Shown: piece by piece, positions 1 to 9,321 of the stretch
How positions within the stretch are numbered: the first letter of the stretch is position 1
How the letters are laid out: each line of letters opens with the position of its first letter
Source of the DNA: an uncultured delta proteobacterium
GTDB lineage: Bacteria; Myxococcota; UBA727; VGSZ01
NCBI GenBank assembly: GCA_963775425.1
Contig: CAVZJB010000017.1
Span: 288,001-352,000 of the forward strand
Length of the DNA: 64,000 nt
Direction of reading: 5' to 3'
Translations under genes and position numbers: made by a program
Notes under the pieces: generated by a model
What the model saw: only the letters and a program-made list of their open reading frames with translations
The model's database searches: none
Told to the model about the DNA's origin: nothing

Positions 1-729
1 GTTTTCCTGTCCGAGCCGCGGCTTGTATGCCGTGTAGATCGACAGGGAGTCGCCCGTGCCGAGGCCGGGGCGCTCGCCGACGAGGATGGCCGTGCTCTTG
101 CTGCCGAGGAGCACGCCGATGTCATCGGCGACGCCGATGCGCGCGTGGCGCACGAACAGCGGCTTGCCCGTGCTGAGGCCCTGGGCCCTGAGCGCCTCGT
201 CGAGCGCCGGCAGCAACACCGGCCCCTGGGTGAGCAGCGCGAGCGCGGCGAGGCCGTCGCCGGCGATGACCTGCACGTCGGCGCCCTTGGTGCCCTCGGC
301 GAGCAGGCGCGCGCGGCTGTCGTCGTCGAGCCGGCGGCCGAGGTCGGGGTGCAGGAGGAACTCCGCGTGATCCTTGCAGCGGGTGCGCAGCGCGATGCAG
401 CCGTGCTTGGCCGGCCAGTCCTCGGGCACCGATGAGTGCACGGCGTCGAGCGCGATGGCGTGCTCCGCGCGGAGCTGGATGTACGTCGACGTCAAATAGC
501 GCGTGCCCGTGCGCCCCTGCACCACGCGCGCGGGCGTGGCCTCGACGATGCGCCTGGCCTCGAAGGGATCGCGCGGCCTCTGCGGCGGCGCGTCGCGGGG
601 GACGCAGCCGTCGTCGCACGCGTCGGCGCCGGCGCCGGCGCGCTCGCGCGCTCGTTCACCGATGACGTCGAGCGCGAGGGACTCCCGCACCACCGCGCGC
701 ACGATCTCCTCGAGGTCGCGCTTGTCCAT
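1..729 (-). CDS. eutC: Ethanolamine ammonia-lyase light chain (partial; runs off the window start)
   Basis: ATG at 729 overlaps the eutB stop (TGATG). Manual translation gives MDKRDLEEIV...TRARIALGRA...HARAR...VQVIAGDGL...RHARIGVAD...LVGERPGL, typical of EutC. Confidence 0.88.
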   Translation of the reverse strand, partial: MDKRDLEEIVRAVVRESLALDVIGERARERAGAGADACDDGCVPRDAPPQRPRDPFEARRIVEATPARVVQGRTGTRYLTSTYIQLRAEHAIALDAVHSSVPEDWPAKHGCIALRTRCKDHAEFLLHPDLGRRLDDDSRARLLAEGTKGADVQVIAGDGLAALALLTQGPVLLPALDEALRAQGLSTGKPLFVRHARIGVADDIGVLLGSKSTAILVGERPGLGTGDSLSIYTAYKPRLGQEN

Positions 730-2108
730 CAGGCGGCCCCCGCGCGCGTCGAAAAGATGGAGGCGTCGCCGGCCTTCTTGGTGAGCTTGCCGTTTCGCCA
801 CAGCCCCATGGACTCGAGCCACTGTTCGAACTCGGGCGCGGGCCGAAGGCCGAGCACCTCGCGCAGCGCGGCGTTGTTGTGAAACGACGTGGTCTGGTAG
901 TTGAGCATCACGTCGTCGCCCATGGGGATGCCCATCAGGTAGTTCACCCCGGCCATGCCGAGGAGCATCTCGAGGTTCTCCTGGTCGTTCTGGTCGGCCT
1001 CGGCGTGGTTGGTGTAGCAGGCGTCGCACCCCATCGGGATGCCCATGAGCTTGCCCATGAAGTGGTCCTCGAGGCCCGCGCGCGTGATCTGCTTGCCGGT
1101 GGCGAGGTACTCGGGGCCGATGAAGCCGACGACGCTGTTCAACAGGAACGGCTTGTAGCGCCGAGCGAGGCCGTAGGCGCGCGCCTCCATCGTGACCTGG
1201 TCGGTGCCGTGATGCGCGTTGGCGGACAGCGCGGTGCCCTGGCCGGTCTCGAAGTACATGACGTTCGCGCCCTGCGCCGTGCCTTCACGCCTGGTGAGGT
1301 CCCACGCCTCGTCGAGGAGCTTCACGCTGACGCCGAAGTTCTTGTTGGCGCCCTCGCTGCCGGCGATGGACTGGAACATGAGGTCGAGCGGCGCGCCGCG
1401 CTTCATGGCCTCCATCTGCACGGTGAGGTGCGCGAGCACGCAGTTTTGCGTGGGCACGCGGAACCTGCGCATCAACGCCTTGGTGGCCTTGAGGACGTCT
1501 GCGCACTTGTCGACGTCGTCGGTGCTGGGGTTGACGCCGATGACGGCGTCGCCGTTGCCGAAGCTGAGCCCGTCCTTCACCGCGGCGAGGACGCCCGTGG
1601 GGTCATCGAGCGGGTGATTGGGCTGCAGGCGCGACGAGATCCTGCCGGGGAGGCCGATGGTGTTGTTGCAGCGGGCGGTGACGCGGATCTTCTTGCCCGC
1701 CATGACCAGGTCCATGTTGGACATGAGCTTGGCCACCGCCGCCGCCATCTCCGGCGTGAGCCCCGGGGTCACCGAGCGGACGTCGTCGCCGCTGGTGCCG
1801 TCGTCGAGGATCCACTCGCGCAGCTCGGCCACGCTCCAGCCGCACACGCGCTTGTAGGCGCGCGCATCGAGGTCGTCCTCGACGACGCGCGTGACCTCGT
1901 CGAGCTCGTAGGGCACCGAGGGGTTTTCGCGCAGGTCCTTGAGGGTGAGCTCCGAGACCACGCGCTTCGCCGCGGCCATCTCGCGCATGGAGCGCGCCGC
2001 CAGCCCCGCCTGCTCGTCGCCGGAGCGGATCTCGTTGGCGCGCGCCAACGCCTCCTTCACCGACGAGAAGGAGTACGACTCCCCGAAGAGCGTCGTCGAG
2101 AGCTTCAC
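729..2108 (-). CDS. eutB: Ethanolamine ammonia-lyase heavy chain
   Basis: 459 aa with RLQPNHPxDD, GDAVIGVNP, MYFETGQG, VVGFIGPEY, GCDACYTNH and DVMLNYQTTSFH motifs. Confidence 0.97.
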   Translation of the reverse strand: MKLSTTLFGESYSFSSVKEALARANEIRSGDEQAGLAARSMREMAAAKRVVSELTLKDLRENPSVPYELDEVTRVVEDDLDARAYKRVCGWSVAELREWILDDGTSGDDVRSVTPGLTPEMAAAVAKLMSNMDLVMAGKKIRVTARCNNTIGLPGRISSRLQPNHPLDDPTGVLAAVKDGLSFGNGDAVIGVNPSTDDVDKCADVLKATKALMRRFRVPTQNCVLAHLTVQMEAMKRGAPLDLMFQSIAGSEGANKNFGVSVKLLDEAWDLTRREGTAQGANVMYFETGQGTALSANAHHGTDQVTMEARAYGLARRYKPFLLNSVVGFIGPEYLATGKQITRAGLEDHFMGKLMGIPMGCDACYTNHAEADQNDQENLEMLLGMAGVNYLMGIPMGDDVMLNYQTTSFHNNAALREVLGLRPAPEFEQWLESMGLWRNGKLTKKAGDASIFSTRAGAA

Positions 2109-2168
2109 GGCGGCGTTGTCGCGCGCCCTCTCGTCGACGTCAAGGAGCCCCGCGCGCCCGCCGCCCCC

Positions 2169-3212
<1,044 letters not shown>

Positions 3213-3388
3213 GGACTCACCTCGACGACGGACGGTAGGCGCCGCACGCGCGGCCCACCATTCCCCGGAACAGGGGGAGCGGCCGCCGGCGGCGTCCGGA
3301 CGCCGCGTGCACGCGTCAAACCGGCCCTGAGGGGGCATGGACAGGGCCCCCGCTTTGGGACCATTGTGCCGCGCGCGGAGGATCGCTG

Positions 3389-4336
3389 ATGGCCCAGACG
3401 CTCGCGGATCTACAGAGGGACCACGCCGTCGACGGCGCCGCCTGGGAGGCGGGCCCGGGCGGCCTGCCCATGCTCATGGTCCGCACCGAGCAGTGCGAGG
3501 CCCGCGTGTTCGCGCACGGCGCGCACGTCGCCGCCTGGACGCCGGCGGGGCAGCGGCCGGGGCTGCACCTGTCGCCCAGGAGCGCGTTCGACCCCAAAAA
3601 GGCCATCCGCGGCGGCATCCCCATCTGCTTTCCCTGGTTCGGCGGCTTCACCAAAGGCGCGGGCCCGCAGCCGGGAGACCCCGACGTGAAGCTCCCCTCG
3701 CACGGCTTCGTCCGCACGCGCACGTGGGACGTCGACGAGGTGAGCCTCGAGGACAACGGCCGCGTGCGCGTGCAGATGAGCACCCGCGACGACGACGGCA
3801 CCCGCGCGCTGTGGGACGCGCCCTTCGAGGCGGTGCTCACCGCCACCCTCGGGCAGACGCTCGGCGTCTCGCTCGAGGTGAAGAACACCGGCGCCGGCGA
3901 CCTCGAGATCGAAGAGGCGCTCCACAGCTACATCGAGGTCGGCGACGTCGAGCAGGTGAAGCTCCTCGGCCTCGAGGGCACCGAATACATCGACAAGGTC
4001 GACGACTTCAAAAGCAAGCACCACGGCCGCGACCCCGTCGCGCTCACCGCCGAGATGGACAGCGTGTTCCTCGGCACCAGGAGCGCCGTCACCTTGGTGG
4101 ACCCGCTCCTCGAGCGCCACGTGAAGATCGAAAAGACCGGCAGCGCGGCCACGGTGGTGTGGAACCCGTGGCTGGTGAAGGCGCAGGCCATGCCCGACGT
4201 CGGCGGCGACGCGTGGCGCAGCTTCGTCTGCGTCGAGGCGGCCAACGTGCGGCCGCAACACGTGAGCATCCCCGCGGGGGCCAGCCACGTGATGTCGACG
4301 AGGATCGTGGTCATCCCCCAAACCCGGCAATCGTGA
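3389..4336 (+). CDS. D-hexose-6-phosphate mutarotase (YeaD/aldose 1-epimerase family)
   Basis: GAHVAAW, AIRGGIPICFPWF, HGFVR, ALHSY, VVWNPW and FVCVEAA motifs. Confidence 0.92.
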   Translation: MAQTLADLQRDHAVDGAAWEAGPGGLPMLMVRTEQCEARVFAHGAHVAAWTPAGQRPGLHLSPRSAFDPKKAIRGGIPICFPWFGGFTKGAGPQPGDPDVKLPSHGFVRTRTWDVDEVSLEDNGRVRVQMSTRDDDGTRALWDAPFEAVLTATLGQTLGVSLEVKNTGAGDLEIEEALHSYIEVGDVEQVKLLGLEGTEYIDKVDDFKSKHHGRDPVALTAEMDSVFLGTRSAVTLVDPLLERHVKIEKTGSAATVVWNPWLVKAQAMPDVGGDAWRSFVCVEAANVRPQHVSIPAGASHVMSTRIVVIPQTRQS

Positions 4337-4347
4337 AGGAGGTCGTT

Positions 4348-4602
4348 ATGTCCGACGAAGATCTCAAGGCGGAGCTCGAGCGTCTCAAGAAGGAAAACGA
4401 GGCGCTCAAGCAGCAGAGCAAGCAGAAGCCCGGCCAGTTCACCATGAAGGTGAGCGAGAAGGGTGCCGTCAGCGTCTACGGCCTCGGCCGCTTCCCCGTC
4501 ACGCTCTACCAGGAGCAGTGGGGCAAGCTGCTCGACCACGCCGACGAGATCCGCGAGTTCATCAAGGCCAACGAGGGCTCGTTGAAGAAGAAGGAAGCCT
4601 GA
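4348..4602 (+). CDS. Small protein (84 aa): N-terminal coiled coil plus PC4-like C-terminal motif
   Basis: AAGGAGG RBS at 4336-4342 and ATG 4348; MSDEDLKAELERLKKENEALK...KVSEKGAVSVYGLGRFPVTLYQEQWGKLLDHADEIREFI. It is the real tail of the 3337-4602 ORF. Confidence 0.85.
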   Translation: MSDEDLKAELERLKKENEALKQQSKQKPGQFTMKVSEKGAVSVYGLGRFPVTLYQEQWGKLLDHADEIREFIKANEGSLKKKEA

Positions 4603-4603
4603 C

Positions 4604-5803
4604 ATGCCCACGAAGAAGAAGCCCGCCGAGGAGCCCGCCCCCGCGCCGCAGCCGATGGCGGGGCAGGTCCCCCCGGGCGCCTTCCCGCAGCCGGGCTACC
4701 CGCCGGGACAGTTCCCGCCGGGGCAGTTCCCGCCGGGCGCGTACCCGCAGCAGCCGGGCGCGTTCCCCCCGGGACAGATGGCCGGTGGGTATCCGCAGGC
4801 GCAGATGGGCAACCCGATGTTCGCCTTGATGCAGATGATGCAGCAGGCGTCCATGATGGGCGGCTTCGGCGGCGGCTTCGGCGTCGACCCTTCCGCGATG
4901 CCGTTTTCGCAGCCGGTGTCGGCGCAGCCCGACGGCGACCCCGGGCTCGACGCCGCCATCATCCGGCCGGCGGCGCTCGACAACCGGGTGAAGACGCAGC
5001 GGGCGCTGAAGCTCGGCAACGTGCTCGACCTCATGTGCCTCACCGACGACGGACAGCACGCGCTCGGCGGCGTGCCCGAGGGTTGCACCATCGTGTTCGT
5101 CGGACCGCCGGGCATGGGCAAGACCCGCACGGCCCTGTGCTCGCTCGCGCGCGTCGCGCTCACGGGGAAGAAGTGCGCGTTCGTCGTCGCCGAAGAGGGC
5201 TTTCACGACGAGGAGGGCCGCGGCCGCGACGACCTGTGCTCGCGCCTCGTCAAGGTCGGCATGGCCGTCACCGGCCTCGACGAGCAGAAGCTCGCCGACA
5301 AGGTCTTGTCGAACATGTTCGTGCTCGAGGCGCAGTACCACAAGAGCGTCACGTGGGACGACTTCATCAAGAAGTACCGCTACCTCGTCGAGAAGGAGGG
5401 CATCTCCTTCGTGGTCATCGACTCGCTCAACATGATCGACCCGACCAAGAAGGGCACCGCCGACAACCTCTCCGCCCTCAAGACGTACAACCACGAAAAG
5501 GGCGTCACCTGCATCTGCATCGGGCAGATCAAGGACACCGGCGAGCCCGTGGGCGGCGAGGCGCTCCAGCACACCGCCGACGTCGTCTTCCTCCTCGAGG
5601 AGATGTCGCTGTCGTCCAAGGAGATGGCCGAGCTGTGGGGCGGCAAGTACCGCGACAAGATCTCGGTGTTGCAGGTGGTGAAGAGCGTCACCACGCCCAC
5701 GCTGCAGTGTCTCGTGCGCGTCGATCGCAAGGACGGCACGGGGGAGCTGTGCGTCCACGACCTGCAGCCCAAGGAGTACCCACTCCTGCAGCCCAAGTCG
5801 TGA
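4604..5803 (+). CDS. RecA-superfamily (KaiC/RadA-like) ATPase with Pro/Gly/Gln/Met-rich N-terminal tail
   Basis: LGGVPEG, Walker A GPPGMGKT, AEE catalytic Glu, Walker B VVIDS, and GGEALQHTADVVFLL. Single ATPase domain. Confidence 0.85.
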   Translation: MPTKKKPAEEPAPAPQPMAGQVPPGAFPQPGYPPGQFPPGQFPPGAYPQQPGAFPPGQMAGGYPQAQMGNPMFALMQMMQQASMMGGFGGGFGVDPSAMPFSQPVSAQPDGDPGLDAAIIRPAALDNRVKTQRALKLGNVLDLMCLTDDGQHALGGVPEGCTIVFVGPPGMGKTRTALCSLARVALTGKKCAFVVAEEGFHDEEGRGRDDLCSRLVKVGMAVTGLDEQKLADKVLSNMFVLEAQYHKSVTWDDFIKKYRYLVEKEGISFVVIDSLNMIDPTKKGTADNLSALKTYNHEKGVTCICIGQIKDTGEPVGGEALQHTADVVFLLEEMSLSSKEMAELWGGKYRDKISVLQVVKSVTTPTLQCLVRVDRKDGTGELCVHDLQPKEYPLLQPKS

Positions 5804-5810
5804 GCGGCCG

Positions 5811-7781
5811 ATGACGGCGCGGCCGCACTTCGTCACCGGCGAGGAGGTCCGGGCGCACGCCAGGCAGGAGGGCCTCGGCTCGGTGTTTCGCGCCATCGGG
5901 CAGAAGCACCTGTCCGACGAGTACGTCGAGCGCATGCTCGGCCTCCCGCTGCACCTGCGCTTCGCCGTCGAGGGCAGGATGGACGAGGGCAAGAGCGTCG
6001 ACGACGACGTCCTCGCGAGCATCCCCTTCTACTCGTTGTGCAAGGGCCTCTTCCTCCCGCTGTCGATGCTGCAGCCGGAGGCGGCCGCCGCCTACTTCGG
6101 CATCCAGATCCCGCCGCCGCCCGATATGGCCGCCCGCGAGCAGCTCCTGCTCGACTTCCTCGGCAAGAAGGTCGGCCTGAGCCTGGTGCAGAAGCTCGCC
6201 TGCATCCTCGGCGATCCCTTCTGCGGACGGCGCTCCACGTTCAAGCGCGACTCGATGATCTCGCTTTTGGCGTCGATGTCGCTCGTCCCCAAGCGCGATC
6301 TCGTGGCGCGGCTGGCCCAGCCCGGCGTCGGCGACATCGCGGTGCTCTTCGCCGAGCACCGCCCCGCCGGCAAGGTCGAGCCGCTGCTCACGGCCGGCGA
6401 GGTGCTCGAGGCGCTGCGCCTGTTGCCGGGGGCGCCGCGCTCGCGGAAGTTCGAGGTGCTGCGCTCGCTCGTCACGCGCATGGGCAAGCTCGAGGCGTAC
6501 TTCCTCGCCAAGCTGCTGCTCCGCAAGGCGGCGTTCGGCTTCGACTACCAGGGCCCGCTCATCGCGCGCGCGCTCGCGGAGGCGTACGGCACGCCGAGCG
6601 CGCCCGTGGAGGCGGAGCAGGTGGCGCACGCGGTGGCGCTCACCGACGCCTTCAGGGTCGCCGCCGTCCTCGAGGAGGACGGGCCGGCGGGGCTGCGCAA
6701 GATCCAGTTGCAGCCGCTGGTGCCCATCCGTCCCGCGCTCGCGGCGCAGGGCGACGCGCCCATCACCAAGCTCCCGGTGTGGGTGGAGCGCAAGTACGAC
6801 GGCATCCGCCTGATGCTGCACAAGTCCACGGACCTGCGCGGCAACGTCCTCGTCGGCGCGTACACGCGTACGCGCGGAGATTGGCTCGAAGACATCGCCG
6901 GGCTCGAGGCCACGGTGAAGTACCTGCCCTGCCGGGACGCCATCGTCGACGGCGAGCTGCACGGCACCATCATCGACCTCGACGGCGACGGCGGCCGGCG
7001 GCCCGCGTCGGTCTACGACATCCTCGCGCACATCGGCGGCCAACCGCAGAAGCCGCTGCGCCTGCGCTACACGGCGTTCGACCTCGTGTACCTGAACGGG
7101 CGCGATCTCACGGCGCGGCCGCTGCAGGAGCGGCGGGTGCAGTTGCAGACGCTGCTGGCGCCGTTCCTGGCGGCGCCGTTGCCGTTGCCGGTGCCCATCG
7201 ACCTGAGCGAGGGCGCGCTCGCCGAGTCGATGGACGACGTGAACCGGTACTTCCATCACTTCAGGAACCAAGGCTACGAGGGCGTCATCGCCAAGGACCT
7301 CGACGGGCCCTACAAGATCGCCGCGCGCGATCCGTCGTGGGTGAAGCGCAAGCCGCTCGAGACGCTCGACCTCGTGCTCCTCGGCGGCGTGCTGGCGGTG
7401 ACCACCAAGGAGCGCGCGGGCATGTTCGGCTCGTACGTCATCGGCGCGCGCCGGCCCGACGGGTCCTTCGAGGACGTCGGCGACGTCGCCGGCGTCGACG
7501 TCGAGCGCGACCGCCTCATCCAGGCGCAGATCGTGCGCGAAGGGCTCATCACCGGTCGCCGCATCGAGCGCGCGTCGGCGTCGGGCGTGCGCCCCGGCCT
7601 CGAGCTGCGCCCGCAGATCGTGGTGACCATCAAGTGCGAGGGCGTGGTGCGCGACACCGTCACCAAGAAGCTCTCGCTGCGCGACCCGAAGATCGTCGTC
7701 CTGCGCACCGACAAGGGCGCCGGCGAGAGCGACACCACGCAGGCCCTCGAAGACCTCTACCGCAAAGAGCGCCTCGCGTAA
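5811..7781 (+). CDS. ATP-dependent DNA ligase with N-terminal DNA-binding domain
   Basis: Motif I ERKYDG, Ia YTRTR, III IVDGEL, IIIa AFDLV, IV EGVIAK, V WVKRK, and OB-fold ending LRDPKIVVLRTDK. Confidence 0.93.
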   Translation: MTARPHFVTGEEVRAHARQEGLGSVFRAIGQKHLSDEYVERMLGLPLHLRFAVEGRMDEGKSVDDDVLASIPFYSLCKGLFLPLSMLQPEAAAAYFGIQIPPPPDMAAREQLLLDFLGKKVGLSLVQKLACILGDPFCGRRSTFKRDSMISLLASMSLVPKRDLVARLAQPGVGDIAVLFAEHRPAGKVEPLLTAGEVLEALRLLPGAPRSRKFEVLRSLVTRMGKLEAYFLAKLLLRKAAFGFDYQGPLIARALAEAYGTPSAPVEAEQVAHAVALTDAFRVAAVLEEDGPAGLRKIQLQPLVPIRPALAAQGDAPITKLPVWVERKYDGIRLMLHKSTDLRGNVLVGAYTRTRGDWLEDIAGLEATVKYLPCRDAIVDGELHGTIIDLDGDGGRRPASVYDILAHIGGQPQKPLRLRYTAFDLVYLNGRDLTARPLQERRVQLQTLLAPFLAAPLPLPVPIDLSEGALAESMDDVNRYFHHFRNQGYEGVIAKDLDGPYKIAARDPSWVKRKPLETLDLVLLGGVLAVTTKERAGMFGSYVIGARRPDGSFEDVGDVAGVDVERDRLIQAQIVREGLITGRRIERASASGVRPGLELRPQIVVTIKCEGVVRDTVTKKLSLRDPKIVVLRTDKGAGESDTTQALEDLYRKERLA

Positions 7782-7824
7782 TCGAGGCCGTCGCGAGCCC
7801 GCGCGGGAGGCGGCGGCGGCTCGA
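7782..7824 (+). terminator. GC-rich hairpin after the ligase gene (possible terminator)
   Basis: tcgaggccgtcgc ... gcggcggctcga imperfect inverted repeat followed by ttcctt; weak U tract. Confidence 0.35.
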
Positions 7825-7828
7825 TTCC

Positions 7829-7856
7829 TTGCGGGGCGAAAGGCCGGACGTACGAT
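7829..7856 (+). promoter_or_regulatory. Possible sigma70-type promoter
   Basis: TTGCGG-16 nt-TACGAT just upstream of ATG 7870. Confidence 0.3.
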
Positions 7857-7869
7857 ATCCTTGGGGCCC

Positions 7870-8646
7870 ATGCTCTTTGCGATTCCGCCGAGCCCGAGCC
7901 CAGACGCGCAGCGCGTGCATGCGCCGGCGCTGCAGGCCGCCCTGGCGCAACGCGTGCCCGGCGTCGTCGTCGAGATCGCACCGAGCTACGGCGCGCTCGG
8001 CGACGACTTGCTGTCGAAGCGCCTGACGGCCGCGTGGGCGCCGCCCATCGTGTGTGCGCGCGTGGAGATGGGCGGCGGCCGCGTGGCCCTCCGCGCCGTG
8101 CGCGGCGGCGTGACCACGTACCGCGCCGGGCTCGTGTGCCGCCACGACGAGCAGCTCGACCTGTCGCGCGCGGCGACGCTCGTCGCCGCGTGGGTCGACG
8201 AGGACAGCGCCGCCGGCTACCTGCTCGCGCGCTCCTGGCTCAAGGCGAGGAACCTCGACGCCGTTCGCGGCTTCAAGCGCGTTCTGTTCACAGGCAGCTA
8301 CGTCTCCGCCCTGCAGGCCGTGGCGGACCGGCGCGCCGACCTCGCCTCCATCTACATGACGTCGGAGGGCGCCGCGCCGCACAGCACGCTCGACGACGTC
8401 GACGACCTGTTGCGCGCCCGGCTGCGCGTCTTCGCCACCACCGGCGACACGCAGACCGACGGGATCGTCATCGCCCCCGGCGTCGCCGACGAGGAGGCCC
8501 GCGCGCTGGTGGACGCGCTCCTCGAGGTCGCCGCCTCCGACGAAGGCAGCCAGGCGCTGCAGGCCCTCCTCGCCTGCGACGAGCTTCGCCCCGCGCCCAC
8601 GCGCCCCACCTCCGCCGCGCTGCGAAACCTCGTCGACGTGAGCTGA
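7870..8646 (+). CDS. PhnD/SsuA-like substrate-binding-fold protein (orphan)
   Basis: SYGALGDDL, AWAPP, AWVDEDSAAGYL and FTGSY.SAL.AV....AD motifs. No signal peptide and no permease nearby. Confidence 0.8.
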   Translation: MLFAIPPSPSPDAQRVHAPALQAALAQRVPGVVVEIAPSYGALGDDLLSKRLTAAWAPPIVCARVEMGGGRVALRAVRGGVTTYRAGLVCRHDEQLDLSRAATLVAAWVDEDSAAGYLLARSWLKARNLDAVRGFKRVLFTGSYVSALQAVADRRADLASIYMTSEGAAPHSTLDDVDDLLRARLRVFATTGDTQTDGIVIAPGVADEEARALVDALLEVAASDEGSQALQALLACDELRPAPTRPTSAALRNLVDVS

Positions 8647-8661
8647 GCGGCGTCACGTCTT

Positions 8662-9321
8662 GTGTCCGCCGTCGCCCGCGCCCCGGCGGCGATCGAGCGC
8701 CGAGAACCGGCGACGCGGCTCCGGTGTCCGTCGTGCGTGACCGATCTCGAACGGCGGCTCGCGCCGCGCGTGCTCGGCTCGCCCGTCGAGCGCTTCTGGC
8801 CCGTGCTCGCCGTCGTCCTGCTCGTCGACGTGCTCATCGTCGTCGCCCTCGTGCGCGAAGCGCGGCCGCGCCCCGCGTCGCTGCGGCTCGCCGCCGCCGC
8901 CGCCGTAGACCGCCCGATCGCCGTCGGCGCCGACGCCCACACCGCGCCGGCGCGCCTCGACCACGCGCCGCTGCTCCTCACGTCGGGAGCGCCGCGGGCG
9001 CCCGCGCTCGCGGAGGGCGATGGGCGACGCCTCGATCCCGGCGCCCTCGCCGATCGGGTCTGGGCCACCCGCTGCTCGGTCTGCCACGGCGCCGACGGGC
9101 GCGCCGACGGGCCGGCCACAAGAGCCCTCGAGCCGCGGCCGACGAGCTTCGCGAGCCCCGGGGCGCGGGGCAGCGACGCGGACCTCGCGAGCATCATCGT
9201 CGACGGCGGCGCGCGCTTCGGGTTGAGCCCGCTCATGGCCCCGAACAAAGACCTCGCGTCCAGGCCCGACGTCGTCGGCGCGCTCGTTCGCAAGATCCGC
9301 GGGTTCAGCGCACCTCGATGA
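8662..9321 (+). CDS. Membrane-anchored c-type cytochrome (start uncertain)
   Basis: TM segment WPVLAVVLLVDVLIVVALV, heme motif CSVCHGADG.ADGP, and distal Met in SPLMAP. Confidence 0.75.
   Translation: MSAVARAPAAIERREPATRLRCPSCVTDLERRLAPRVLGSPVERFWPVLAVVLLVDVLIVVALVREARPRPASLRLAAAAAVDRPIAVGADAHTAPARLDHAPLLLTSGAPRAPALAEGDGRRLDPGALADRVWATRCSVCHGADGRADGPATRALEPRPTSFASPGARGSDADLASIIVDGGARFGLSPLMAPNKDLASRPDVVGALVRKIRGFSAPR

Noticed and set aside
3337-4347. 421-aa ORF overlapping the mutarotase
   Set aside because: Only the last 84 codons have an RBS and protein-like composition.
4604-5803. Circadian kaiC or radA assignment
   Set aside because: Single domain, no kaiA/kaiB, and no RadA zinc finger, KNRFG motif or Lon-like domain.
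5811-7781. LigD/Ku NHEJ system
   Set aside because: No polymerase or phosphoesterase domain and no Ku gene in the window.
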